Assembly: GCA_035486415.1 (NCBI GenBank) | Contig: DATHNC010000057.1 | Span: forward strand, 119-64,118 | From: Candidatus Saccharimonadales bacterium | GTDB taxonomy: Bacteria > Acidobacteriota > Terriglobia > Acidiferrales > UBA7541 | Reading direction: 5' to 3' | Length of the DNA: 64,000 nucleotides | In this document: one piece after another, positions 42,991-52,408 of the stretch | Layout of the letters: each line of letters begins with the position of its first letter | Numbering within the stretch: the first letter of the stretch is position 1 | The notes under the pieces: model-generated | What the model saw: only the letters and a program-made list of their open reading frames with translations | What the model was told of the DNA's origin: nothing | The model's database searches: none | Program-made: the position numbers and the translations under genes

Positions 42991-43665
42991 ATGCCGAATC
43001 GTGCTTACGCCAGTGTATGGGTCCGTGATTTCACTGAAGAAAATATGCTCGCGCACTTCGGCCGTTTTCTGGCCACCGTGCCGCTGGCTGCCGTGCCGCC
43101 GGGTTTTACGGGGCTGATTATCCGCGCCGTGGATTTTGCGGAAACTCCGCTCGAAGAATTCGATTTGCGCGGTTACGTAACAACTCCGGAAGAACTTATC
43201 GCTCTGGCCAATGAACAACACGCCGCCGATGTGTGTTATGAAGTTCCGGCGCGTTGGGACCTGTGGATTCGCGACAAGGAAACCGCTAGCTGGAAAATTC
43301 AGCCGGAGCACATGGATATTTTCTGTTTCGGCCCGGAATACGATCAAGGCGTGTATGGCGAATCGGGCCACATCATGATCGACCTGGGCTTTGAGCATTT
43401 ATTTACAGGCCACGCGGGACTTCTGGCCGCGCAAACGGAAAAAGTTGCGGAGCCGCAGCATCCCGAAGAGGCGCGGTTTCTGATGTGGATGTCGCAACCG
43501 CAAAATTTACGCGAATATCAGGAGAAAACGAGAGAGAATATCAAGAAACTCATGGCTTGGATGCGCGCCGTGGAGGAAGCCCTGCCCGTGGATCGCTTCC
43601 GCCTGTGGTCCGAGGGAGAAGAAAACTTTGAAGCGCGGCTCGATGAAATTCTGGATTTGCGTTAG
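42991..43665 (+). CDS. Hypothetical cytoplasmic protein (224 aa)
   Basis: Clean ORF with codon usage like its neighbours. No motif recognised. Its 3' end overlaps the next ORF by 23 nt. Confidence 0.6.
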   Translation: MPNRAYASVWVRDFTEENMLAHFGRFLATVPLAAVPPGFTGLIIRAVDFAETPLEEFDLRGYVTTPEELIALANEQHAADVCYEVPARWDLWIRDKETASWKIQPEHMDIFCFGPEYDQGVYGESGHIMIDLGFEHLFTGHAGLLAAQTEKVAEPQHPEEARFLMWMSQPQNLREYQEKTRENIKKLMAWMRAVEEALPVDRFRLWSEGEENFEARLDEILDLR

Positions 43666-44236
43666 TCTGGCGCTGGCCGCGGCCTGCGTTACCGCAGCAT
43701 CCCAGCAGCAAGCCACCCCAGCTAGCGCTGGCAAAAGTCCGGCAGTAAAACGCGTCAACGAAACGCTTTTGGCCGGGCTGCGGCCGGGCCGGGACACGTT
43801 TGCCGTGGCGCAAAAGCGGCTGAAGCCGAAGGAACTGTCGGACGACTCGACTTCGGGCTCGAAAGAATGGCGGGATGCCTGTTCAGGACGATCCATACGG
43901 CTGGATATTGACGCCAAGGCCGTGATTCAAAGCGTCACTTTGACGACCGTGGGCAAACAAGAAGGAAAGTGCAGCGACCGTCGCCCGGATTTTCTTGATC
44001 CAAAATTTTGGCTTACCGGGCTTGGCTTGCGAATGGGCGATTCACAAGATCGGGTTGTTACCTTGTACGGAGAACCGAATTCCGGCGGCCCAGCATCTAA
44101 AAATGGCCAGGAACTCGATCTCATGTATTATCAGTTTGATTGGGCGGGGTCGGACGTACCGCAAGTGATGGAAGTCCTGTGCGCGCGGGATACCGGGCGC
44201 GTGGTAGAAATTACGCTGGCTTTTCCAAGCTTATAG
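43643..44236 (+). CDS. Hypothetical secreted protein
   Basis: ATG at 43643 gives signal peptide MKFWICVSLALAAACVTAAS. Confidence 0.6.
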   Translation: MKFWICVSLALAAACVTAASQQQATPASAGKSPAVKRVNETLLAGLRPGRDTFAVAQKRLKPKELSDDSTSGSKEWRDACSGRSIRLDIDAKAVIQSVTLTTVGKQEGKCSDRRPDFLDPKFWLTGLGLRMGDSQDRVVTLYGEPNSGGPASKNGQELDLMYYQFDWAGSDVPQVMEVLCARDTGRVVEITLAFPSL

Positions 44237-44250
44237 TGCGCCGATCCACG

Positions 44251-44904
44251 ATGAAAAATTATAAACTTCGCGCAGCTCTGCGCATTCTGCCCTGGGTCAT
44301 GGCGCTTTGCCTCGCCGGATGCCAGGCGGCTCCGAAGCAGCCACCGAACACAGAGAAAGCAGCGGTGGCGAGCGATAAGCTGGCAGAAGAGGCCCAAAGA
44401 GTTGCCGAAGCCTCCCTGGGCAAGCAGTCTGAAATATTGGCGCAGGGAGACCTGGCGCTGAACGGGCGTGAACAATTGCTGGTAGTCAATCGCATTGCGG
44501 TCGCGGCACCTTCAAACCGGGAAATGACAATTTCTTCCCCAGTATATATTATGCGGGCCGCTGTGCTGGAGAAGAATAACGGCAAGTGGTCTCAAATTTT
44601 GCTTTGCGATGAACATTTGAAGAACACGAATGGCTATTTAGAAGGCTCGCCCAGGACGCGCATAACAGGCTGGCATCTGGAATACAGAAAAGACCAGCAG
44701 TTGGGGCTGGAAATGAGTTTCACGCCGGCCACTAAATATGGCGTGGAGAACACGAGCGCTGACGAGGGGTCCGAAGAAAAGCAGCCTACTTATAATGTAC
44801 GCTGGAATAAAAATACGAAACGCTATCAGTCGTTCGACAAGTCTCATGAAAGGTACCTGGGCGAAGTACCATCGCTCGAAGCTCCCGAATCCATTCTGAA
44901 ATGA
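44251..44904 (+). CDS. Hypothetical lipoprotein
   Basis: ATG at 44251. Lipobox LAGC in MKNYKLRAALRILPWVMALCLAGC. The stop overlaps the ABC exporter start (ATGA at 44901-44904). Confidence 0.65.
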   Translation: MKNYKLRAALRILPWVMALCLAGCQAAPKQPPNTEKAAVASDKLAEEAQRVAEASLGKQSEILAQGDLALNGREQLLVVNRIAVAAPSNREMTISSPVYIMRAAVLEKNNGKWSQILLCDEHLKNTNGYLEGSPRTRITGWHLEYRKDQQLGLEMSFTPATKYGVENTSADEGSEEKQPTYNVRWNKNTKRYQSFDKSHERYLGEVPSLEAPESILK

Positions 44905-46826
44905 GCACTGCGGCCAATACCATCTCCGTATCCGAACCGAAGACTGCGCCGAAGCGGGTCTCCGGATGGGCGCACCTTTCCCGTTTGTACCCGTACGTGA
45001 TGCGGCACAAGACGGAAGTCGTGATCGGCTTCATCACGCAAGCTGGCATGGGAATTACCGGTACGCTGCTGCCGCTGATTCTTGGAGTGATCACCGACTG
45101 CATCAAGGGAGCCGAGACGCCGCTGGCGCAGTTGGGGCGGCTCACTCAAATCACTTTGGGGCCGCTGCTTCCCTACTATCACCCGAAAGATCCGCATACC
45201 CTGGAGGTATTTTGTATAGCGCTCGTGGCCATTTGCACCGCGCAAGGGGTGTTTTCCTATTGGACGCGGCAAATTTTAATTGGGCTGTCGCGCGATATTG
45301 AGTTCGATCTGCGCAACGATCTTCTATCGAAACTTGTGCAGATGGAGCCGGAATTCTACGTGCGAAATCGCACAGGCGAATTGATGTCGCGTTGCACCAA
45401 CGATTTGAACGCTGTGCGCATGGTGCTCGGCCCGGGAATCATGTACAGCGCCAATACCATGGCGACCATGGTGCTCGCCGTGATCCTGATGTTCTGGATT
45501 TCGACGACGCTGAGCGTCTACGTTTTGCTGCCTGTGCCGGTTGTCGCCGTTACCGTGTGGCTCTTCGGGCGGCAGATTCACGCGATGTACGGAAAAATTC
45601 AGGCTTCGCTCGCCGTGCTTTCCGCGAAGGCGCAGGAAAATCTGGCTGGAGTGCGCGTCGTGCGCGCGTACGGGCAGGAAGAAGCGGAAATTCGCGGATT
45701 CGACGCGCCCAATAAGGAATACATCAACCGCAACCTGCGCCTGATTTATTTCTGGAGCATGTTCATGCCGCTGCTTCAGATGCTCTTCGGGCTGACGTTT
45801 ATTCTGGTTCTGTGGCAGGGCGGGCGCCTCGTGGTGCTGGACCGCATTACACTCGGCGAACTGATCGCGTTCTATACGTTCATGACGCGGCTGATTTTCC
45901 CGATGATCGCACTCGGATTTGTCACCAATATTTTTCAGCGCGGCGGCGCGTCAATGGGACGCCTGAATTACATTCTCGATTCCGAGCCCAAGGTTAACGA
46001 TTCCACTGCGAAGCAGACTTCGCAGGAAATTCGCGGCGAAATAGATTATCGGAATTTGACTTTCACTTATCCGACCGTCAGAAGCGACGTCGACGGAATG
46101 AAATCGAACGGAAACGGCGCTCCGAACAAGCCCGTCCTGGAAAATATTTCGCTGCATGTTCCTGCCGGGTCGATCCTGGCCATCGTTGGGCCGACGGGCA
46201 GCGGAAAATCGACACTTGCGGCGCTGATCGCCCGTTTGTGGGAAGCGCCTGAAGGCACACTTTTTGTGGATGGCCGCCCGATCCGCGAATGGCCGCTCGA
46301 AACGCTCCGCCGCGCCGTGGGATATGTGCCGCAGGATACTTTTCTGTTCAGCGAAACGCTGCGCGAAAATGTCGCGTTCGGAGTGGACAGCGCCACGGAC
46401 GAAGAAATTCGCGAGGCCGCTGACGTCGCCAGCATTCTTGCGGAAATCGGCGAATTCCCGGCGCAGTTCGACACCATGGTGGGCGAGCGCGGGATCACAC
46501 TTTCGGGCGGGCAAAAACAGCGCGCCGCCATCGCGCGCGCCGTCATTCGCGATCCTAAAATTCTGATCCTCGACGATTCTCTTTCGAGCGTGGATACGGG
46601 GACCGAAGAGCGCATCCTGCGGCGGCTGGACGCGATTCTGCGGCAACGGACGACTGTGCTGATCTCGCACCGCATTTCCACCGTGCAGCACGCCGACCAG
46701 ATTGTTGTACTGCGCGATGGACAGATTATTGAACGTGGCAATCATGCCGAGCTTCTGTCGCAGGGCGGTTATTACGCCGATCTGTACCAGAAACAATTGC
46801 TCGAGGAAGAATTGGCGCGCGAATGA
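44901..46826 (+). CDS. ABC exporter half-transporter (TMD-NBD), subunit with degenerate Walker B
   Basis: Six-TM exporter domain. Walker A GPTGSGKST, signature LSGGQKQR, Walker B ILILDD-S (Asp in place of the catalytic Glu), H-loop SHR. Confidence 0.9.
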   Translation: MSTAANTISVSEPKTAPKRVSGWAHLSRLYPYVMRHKTEVVIGFITQAGMGITGTLLPLILGVITDCIKGAETPLAQLGRLTQITLGPLLPYYHPKDPHTLEVFCIALVAICTAQGVFSYWTRQILIGLSRDIEFDLRNDLLSKLVQMEPEFYVRNRTGELMSRCTNDLNAVRMVLGPGIMYSANTMATMVLAVILMFWISTTLSVYVLLPVPVVAVTVWLFGRQIHAMYGKIQASLAVLSAKAQENLAGVRVVRAYGQEEAEIRGFDAPNKEYINRNLRLIYFWSMFMPLLQMLFGLTFILVLWQGGRLVVLDRITLGELIAFYTFMTRLIFPMIALGFVTNIFQRGGASMGRLNYILDSEPKVNDSTAKQTSQEIRGEIDYRNLTFTYPTVRSDVDGMKSNGNGAPNKPVLENISLHVPAGSILAIVGPTGSGKSTLAALIARLWEAPEGTLFVDGRPIREWPLETLRRAVGYVPQDTFLFSETLRENVAFGVDSATDEEIREAADVASILAEIGEFPAQFDTMVGERGITLSGGQKQRAAIARAVIRDPKILILDDSLSSVDTGTEERILRRLDAILRQRTTVLISHRISTVQHADQIVVLRDGQIIERGNHAELLSQGGYYADLYQKQLLEEELARE

Positions 46827-48700
46827 GCGACTTCCGAGAAGAGGAAGCTCTAGGAAAAGCCTACGACTCAAAGTTATTGGGTCGTCTGATGACGTATCTG
46901 CGGCCGTACAAGTGGACCGTTGTGTTCGCCGTCGTGTTGACTTTGCTCGTCGGCCCTCTTGAAGTTGTCGGCCCCTACTTGTTCGGCTATACCGTCGATA
47001 AATACATCGTCCCGGGATCCAATCATTCCATCGCACTTGCCGAAGCATTGCGCGGCGTTACGTTTATTTCTCTCGTGTCGCTGGCGGCGCTGCTTTTAAG
47101 TTTTGCCGTTCAGTATTTGCAAGTGCGCATGATGCAGAACGTGGGCCAACAAACGCTCTACGATTTGCGCAAGGAAATTTTCGAGCGCATGCAACGCCTG
47201 CCCATGAGTTTCTTCGACCGTAGCCCGGTCGGACGACTGGTTACGCGCGTGACGACCGACGTGGACGCGCTGAATGATTTATTTGCCGCCGGCATCGCGG
47301 CGATGGCTAATGATGCAGTCGTCCTGCTGAGCATCGGCGCGGTGATGGTTTGGAAAAATTGGCGGCTGGCGCTGGCCACGTTTGCCGTTTTGCCGTTGAT
47401 CATGGTTTCCACTTGGCTGTTCCGCAACCGTGTGCGCGACGCGAACCGGCGCATCCGCACAGCCATCGCGCGCATCAATTCGTTCCTGCAGGAACATCTC
47501 AGCGGCATGAGCATCGTGCAGATTTTCAACCGCGAAAAAAAGTCGCGCGAACAATTCGCGGAATTAAATCGCATCCACATGGAAGCGTACAAGGACGCGA
47601 TTACTGCTTTCGCCGTTTTCTTCCCTGCTGTCGAACTGTTCAGCACCGCGGCCATCGCCATTGTTTTCTGGTATGGAGGCTTGCTGTCCTTCGCCGGCGC
47701 CGTAACGGTCGGCACGCTGATTACGTTCATGCAATACGCTCAGCGCTTCTTCCGCCCGATTCAGGACTTGAGCGAAAAATTCAACATCCTGCAATCGGCC
47801 ATGGCCGCCTGCGAACGTATTTTCAAATTGCTCGATGAGCCGCTCCCTGCGCCACCGAAGGAAGCTCCGCTCTCACTAGCCGCCCCGCGCGGCGAAATCG
47901 AATTTCGCAACGTGTGGTTCGCTTACACGGGCGGCGCAACTCCGGGCGATGAAGATTGGGTCTTGCGCGATGTTTCCTTCCACATTGCGCCGGGACAAAC
48001 CCTCGCCATCGTCGGCCACACCGGCGCGGGAAAAACCACGCTCATCCAACTGCTGCTGCGCTTCTACGATATCCAGCGCGGCCAGATTTTGCTGGATGGC
48101 TTGGACATCCGAAAATATGAAGTTCACCAGTTGCGCCGCCAATTCGGCATCGTGCTGCAGGATCCCTTCCTCTTTACTGGCACCTTGGAATCGAACGTTC
48201 GCCTGGGCGATGAAGACATCAGCCGCGAGCGCGTCATCTCCGCGCTGCGCGAAGTGGGCCTAGGCTCGCTGCTCGATTCGTTAACAGAAGGCGTTGAGAC
48301 GAACGTGACGGAGCGCGGCGCGACTTTTTCCGTGGGCCAGCGCCAGCTGATCAGCTTTGCGCGCGCCCTCGCGCATAATCCGCGCTTCCTGATTCTGGAC
48401 GAAGCTACCTCCAGCGTGGACACGAAGACCGAGCTTCAGATCCGCGAAGCGCTCGACCGCTTGCTCGAAGGCCGGACCGCGCTCGTAATCGCGCACCGCC
48501 TCAGCACGATTCAGCATGCCGACCGAATTCTCGTTTTCCACAAAGGCAAGTTGCGCGAACAGGGTTCGCACCAGCAATTGCTCGCCGAGCGCGGCATTTA
48601 TTACCGTCTTTATCAGCTCCAATACAAAGATCAGGAAATGCGCGCGCCTTTTGAAACCGCAGGCAGCGAAGCTGGCAAGTCCGTTCCGGGGAATGATTAA
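46823..48700 (+). CDS. ABC exporter half-transporter (TMD-NBD), subunit with degenerate signature motif
   Basis: Walker A GHTGAGKTT, signature FSVGQRQL (not LSGGQ), Walker B FLILDEAT with the catalytic Glu. Start overlaps the upstream stop (ATGA). Confidence 0.9.
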   Translation: MSDFREEEALGKAYDSKLLGRLMTYLRPYKWTVVFAVVLTLLVGPLEVVGPYLFGYTVDKYIVPGSNHSIALAEALRGVTFISLVSLAALLLSFAVQYLQVRMMQNVGQQTLYDLRKEIFERMQRLPMSFFDRSPVGRLVTRVTTDVDALNDLFAAGIAAMANDAVVLLSIGAVMVWKNWRLALATFAVLPLIMVSTWLFRNRVRDANRRIRTAIARINSFLQEHLSGMSIVQIFNREKKSREQFAELNRIHMEAYKDAITAFAVFFPAVELFSTAAIAIVFWYGGLLSFAGAVTVGTLITFMQYAQRFFRPIQDLSEKFNILQSAMAACERIFKLLDEPLPAPPKEAPLSLAAPRGEIEFRNVWFAYTGGATPGDEDWVLRDVSFHIAPGQTLAIVGHTGAGKTTLIQLLLRFYDIQRGQILLDGLDIRKYEVHQLRRQFGIVLQDPFLFTGTLESNVRLGDEDISRERVISALREVGLGSLLDSLTEGVETNVTERGATFSVGQRQLISFARALAHNPRFLILDEATSSVDTKTELQIREALDRLLEGRTALVIAHRLSTIQHADRILVFHKGKLREQGSHQQLLAERGIYYRLYQLQYKDQEMRAPFETAGSEAGKSVPGND

Positions 48701-48707
48701 GGTTTTA

Positions 48708-48779
48708 GTGGCGCGGACTTCAGCCTGCGGGTTTTATTCCATCCGAGGACGAAACCCCGCAGGCGGAAGCCCGCGCTAC
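48708..48779. repeat. Palindromic intergenic element, copy C (72 nt)
   Basis: GTGGCGCGGACTTCAGCCTGCGGG ... CCCGCAGGCGGAAGCCCGCGCTAC, between the ABC exporter stop and the lpxB start. Confidence 0.8.
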
Positions 48780-48784
48780 ATACA

Positions 48785-49918
48785 ATGCCTCAAACACAAA
48801 TCCTCATCTCCGCTGGAGAAGCTTCCGGTGACATGTATGCGGCGCGGCTCGCTGCAGCCCTGCAAGCGCGCGCGGACGTGCATCTTTTCGGCATGGGCGG
48901 CACGCGGATGCGCGATGCTGGCGTTGAAATTGTGGCGGACAGTTCAGAAGTCTCCGTCGTGGGCATCGTGGAAATCGCAAAAAAATACCCCGCACTGAAG
49001 CGCGTCTGGAATCGCCTGATAGGTGAAGCCGCCCGCCGCAAACCCCGATATGCAATCCTCACTGACTTCCCCGGCTTCCACCTTCGCATGGCACGCGCGC
49101 TAAAGCGCGAGGGCATTCAATGCATCTACTTTGTGTGCCCCCAATTCTGGGCATGGCGCCCGTGGCGCGCCAATCTGGTGAGGCGGCGATTCGTTCTCGG
49201 GCTATGCATATTTCCGTTCGAAGAACAGTGGTACCGTTCGCGCGGGGTGAAAGCCGATTTCATCGGCCACCCACTTGTCGGAAATGTTTTTGCGAAACGA
49301 ACGCGCGCCGAGTTTGCCGACGCTTACGGCCTTGATGCGAGCAGGCCGATCATTACAATTCTTCCTGGAAGCCGCTCAGGCGAAATCGCGCACCACATGC
49401 CGACGCTGATGCGGGCCGCCGCGCAAATCCAAAAACAGCACTCGGCGCAATTTGTTCTGGCATTGGCACCGGGCATGGCGAAGCAGCAGATCGCAAAGCA
49501 TCTCAGCCCCGAAGTGCCTGTGCATCTCGTGGAAGATGCCACTTATGACGCTCTGGGAGCCGCCGACCTATCGATAGTCTCGAGCGGCACGGCAACGGTG
49601 GAGGCCGCTCTGATGGACTCCCCCATGGTCGTTGTGTACCGCCTGTCGCCACTTACGGCGGGGATCGCGCGCCTGCTGGTGCGCACGCCAATGTTCGCTA
49701 TGGTCAATTTGATTGCCGGCAGAAGGGTCGTCCCGGAACTCGTACAGAAGGATTTCACGCCGGACCGGCTTGCAAACGAAGTAATTCGCCTTCTCGATTC
49801 AACCGAAGCGCGAGCGGAGATGCGCCTGGGCCTTGCAGAAATTCGCGAAAAGTTGGGTCCTCCCGGCGCCATTGAACGCGCTGCCGACCTGATTGCAGGG
49901 ATGTTAAGTCAACCTTAG
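48785..49918 (+). CDS. lpxB: Lipid-A-disaccharide synthase
   Basis: ILISAGEASGDMYAA N-terminus, YF..PQ.WAWR, LPGSR..E, SGTAT.E motifs. Confidence 0.92.
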   Translation: MPQTQILISAGEASGDMYAARLAAALQARADVHLFGMGGTRMRDAGVEIVADSSEVSVVGIVEIAKKYPALKRVWNRLIGEAARRKPRYAILTDFPGFHLRMARALKREGIQCIYFVCPQFWAWRPWRANLVRRRFVLGLCIFPFEEQWYRSRGVKADFIGHPLVGNVFAKRTRAEFADAYGLDASRPIITILPGSRSGEIAHHMPTLMRAAAQIQKQHSAQFVLALAPGMAKQQIAKHLSPEVPVHLVEDATYDALGAADLSIVSSGTATVEAALMDSPMVVVYRLSPLTAGIARLLVRTPMFAMVNLIAGRRVVPELVQKDFTPDRLANEVIRLLDSTEARAEMRLGLAEIREKLGPPGAIERAADLIAGMLSQP

Positions 49919-50166
49919 CTCTCAAGGATCGACCGGGCTCGACGGAAACAGTGACCATCAGTCTCGAAAGGCAAGTGACGCATGACCGCTTCCAAACCGG
50001 TTTCGCAGTGGCCACAAGTTTTTTTTTGGCGGGCACGGTGCTACCTGGTTCCGATCCACATCAATGAGAGAAGAGGTTATCGCGAAGCTAGGGCTGGCAA
50101 CTCATCAGGTCAAGTTGGTATCCTAATGCTTACGAAGTAGTCTCCGGAAAGAGGCATCTGAAGCTC

Positions 50167-52398
50167 ATGTCGAAATTTCGCCTATTCCTGTTTCTGGCAA
50201 GCCTTGCAAGCTTCGCATCACCTGGCCGCGCCCAGTCTCCCGGAGCGCCGCAAGGCCCAAGCCGCGGAGTTGCACCGGTTCAGACGGCACCCGTGGCAGC
50301 TTTTCGCGCGACGAATTACGAAATCCGCGCATCGCTCGATACTTTCGGCCAGGTCATGAACGCGCAAGCCAAGGTGGACTTCGCGGCGAGTGACGCCTCC
50401 CGCGTCATCGAAGTGGAATTAAATCAAAATTTGCGCGTCAATTCGATTCGTGACCTCTCCGGCAAGCCTGTGAACTTTGACCGTGACGATCAGTCCGCGC
50501 AGAAACTGCGCGTCACCCTGAACGACACGGTGCCGGCCGGATCGAAGATCACTTTGGTTTTCGACTACGGCGGCCCGCTTTCCAGCCGCGTAGTGAATCC
50601 CGATCAGGGCACGCGCATGGCCTACATTGGCAAGGACGGCGGCTATTTGCTGCTTCCCTCGCGCTGGTTTCCCCTGACCGATTTCCCTTCCAATCGCTAC
50701 ACGGGAATTTTTCAGATCGAAGTGCCCGGAAATATGACCGTTGTGGGAACTGGAACTTTGGCTGGCGCTCCTACCTCGGTAACCCCAAAACCAGTTGCAC
50801 TGCCTGCTCCCGCAAATTCAAAATCTGCGCCCTCTCCGGGTGCGCCTCCTGCACTCGGCAATTCGCGGTCAAAACCAGACGCGCCTGTATCGCCGAGGAA
50901 TGCTCCCCTGCCTCCGCCGATGGAAAATGAACGCATGCTGTACACCTATCGAGTGGACAAGCCGGAATCCGCGGGAACTTTCGTAATCTCACCGCTGCAA
51001 CTGAATCCCGAGCACGCGCAGGGGATGTCGTTTTCCATTTACACGCCGCCGGCGGCCGCTAAAACGGCAGTGGATTACGCGAATTCTCTCGCGCAAGTGA
51101 TCGATTATTTTAATGACACGTTTGGCCCTCTCCCCGATCCCGCTATGACGGTTGCGCAACTCCCCGACGGCACTGTAGACGGATACGCCGCACCGGGCTT
51201 GCTGCTGATGAGTGCGCGGCAGTGGTCTGCAAAGCCGAACGAACGCCTGCTGGCCGACCTGGCAGCGCACCAATGGTGGGGCTCGCAAGTCACGGCCGCA
51301 ACAACGTCCGATGCGTGGATCACCGACGGACTCTCGCGTTACGCCGAGGGCATGTATGTGGAGCAAACTTCGGGCAAGGATGCGCTGAACAAAGCGATCG
51401 AGGATTTCGCTGTGGGCGCGCTGATGTTTGACGATTCTGCGCCCATTGCCGATGCGGGCCGCCTGGATTTCGGGACCGAGGAATATCAATCCGTTGTCGT
51501 GAATAAAGGCGCAATCGTGTTTCACATGCTTCGCGCGATTATCGGCGATGCGAATTTTAATGCGCTGCTCAAGGATTTCTATACGCGGTACGCCGGAAAA
51601 TCGGCCCGCATTCAGGATTTTGAGCAGCTCGCGGAATTGCACAGAACCAAGGCCGCGCCAGCTGAATTCAAAATGGGCAACTCTGCCCCGGCTTCGGAAG
51701 ATCTGGGTAGTTTGCGTCCGTTCTTCACGCAATGGCTGCACTCGACAGGTGTGCCGGAATTCAACATCGAGTACGTGGTTTACCGCACCAAAAAAGGTTT
51801 CCGGATTGTCGGAAAAGCGAAACAGAATCTGGACGTCTTCCACATGGATGTCGAAATTGAAGTGCAGACGGAAGGAAATCCGGAATTCAAGACGATTACG
51901 ATTTCAGGAAAAGAATCCCCGTTTACCGTGGAGACTTTCGGGCGCCCAAAGCCGGACGGAATTATTCTTGACCCGCACGATTACATTTTGAAATCGAACC
52001 AGCGCCTGCGCGTGCGAGGAATTATCGCGCGCGGCGAATCGTTGGCCGGCCTGGGCCGCTATTATGACGCCGTCATTCAGTACCAAAAGGCCCTCGAGCA
52101 GGATCGCCTCAATGCGCTGGCCGAATTTCGCATGGGTGAGGCATTCTTCTACCAGCGGAATTATGCTGCCGCTGCGCAATCCTTCCGCGACGCGCTCGAC
52201 GGAGCGACAGACCTGACCACCAAATGGACGGAAGTCTGGTCGCACATCTACCTTGGCAGGATTTACGATATTCAGGGAGACCGTACACGCGCCGTGAATG
52301 AATACAACAAAGCCAAGCAGACCGCGGATGACACAGGTGGCGCGCAAGCCGAAGCCGAAAAATCCATGAAGAAAGCGTACAGCGAATCAGGATCGTGA
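50167..52398 (+). CDS. Secreted M1-peptidase-fold protein with degenerate catalytic motifs and C-terminal TPR
   Basis: Signal peptide ...ASPGRA/Q. M1-like core with AAHQWWG and WITDG. HExxH reads DLAAH (51256-51270), GAMEN reads GYAAP (51181-51195), and the third ligand Glu is Asp (51325-51327). TPR-like tail. Confidence 0.75.
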   Translation: MSKFRLFLFLASLASFASPGRAQSPGAPQGPSRGVAPVQTAPVAAFRATNYEIRASLDTFGQVMNAQAKVDFAASDASRVIEVELNQNLRVNSIRDLSGKPVNFDRDDQSAQKLRVTLNDTVPAGSKITLVFDYGGPLSSRVVNPDQGTRMAYIGKDGGYLLLPSRWFPLTDFPSNRYTGIFQIEVPGNMTVVGTGTLAGAPTSVTPKPVALPAPANSKSAPSPGAPPALGNSRSKPDAPVSPRNAPLPPPMENERMLYTYRVDKPESAGTFVISPLQLNPEHAQGMSFSIYTPPAAAKTAVDYANSLAQVIDYFNDTFGPLPDPAMTVAQLPDGTVDGYAAPGLLLMSARQWSAKPNERLLADLAAHQWWGSQVTAATTSDAWITDGLSRYAEGMYVEQTSGKDALNKAIEDFAVGALMFDDSAPIADAGRLDFGTEEYQSVVVNKGAIVFHMLRAIIGDANFNALLKDFYTRYAGKSARIQDFEQLAELHRTKAAPAEFKMGNSAPASEDLGSLRPFFTQWLHSTGVPEFNIEYVVYRTKKGFRIVGKAKQNLDVFHMDVEIEVQTEGNPEFKTITISGKESPFTVETFGRPKPDGIILDPHDYILKSNQRLRVRGIIARGESLAGLGRYYDAVIQYQKALEQDRLNALAEFRMGEAFFYQRNYAAAAQSFRDALDGATDLTTKWTEVWSHIYLGRIYDIQGDRTRAVNEYNKAKQTADDTGGAQAEAEKSMKKAYSESGS

Positions 52399-52408
52399 TT
52401 CGCTTTAA

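Noticed and set aside
45951-47048. 365-aa and 224-aa ORFs antisense to the ABC exporter genes
   Set aside because: The sense strand carries complete Walker A/B and signature motifs. The antisense products are Arg-rich nonsense.
50989-51843. 284-aa ORF antisense to the M1 peptidase homologue
   Set aside because: It is embedded in, and opposite to, a well-supported gene and has no motifs.
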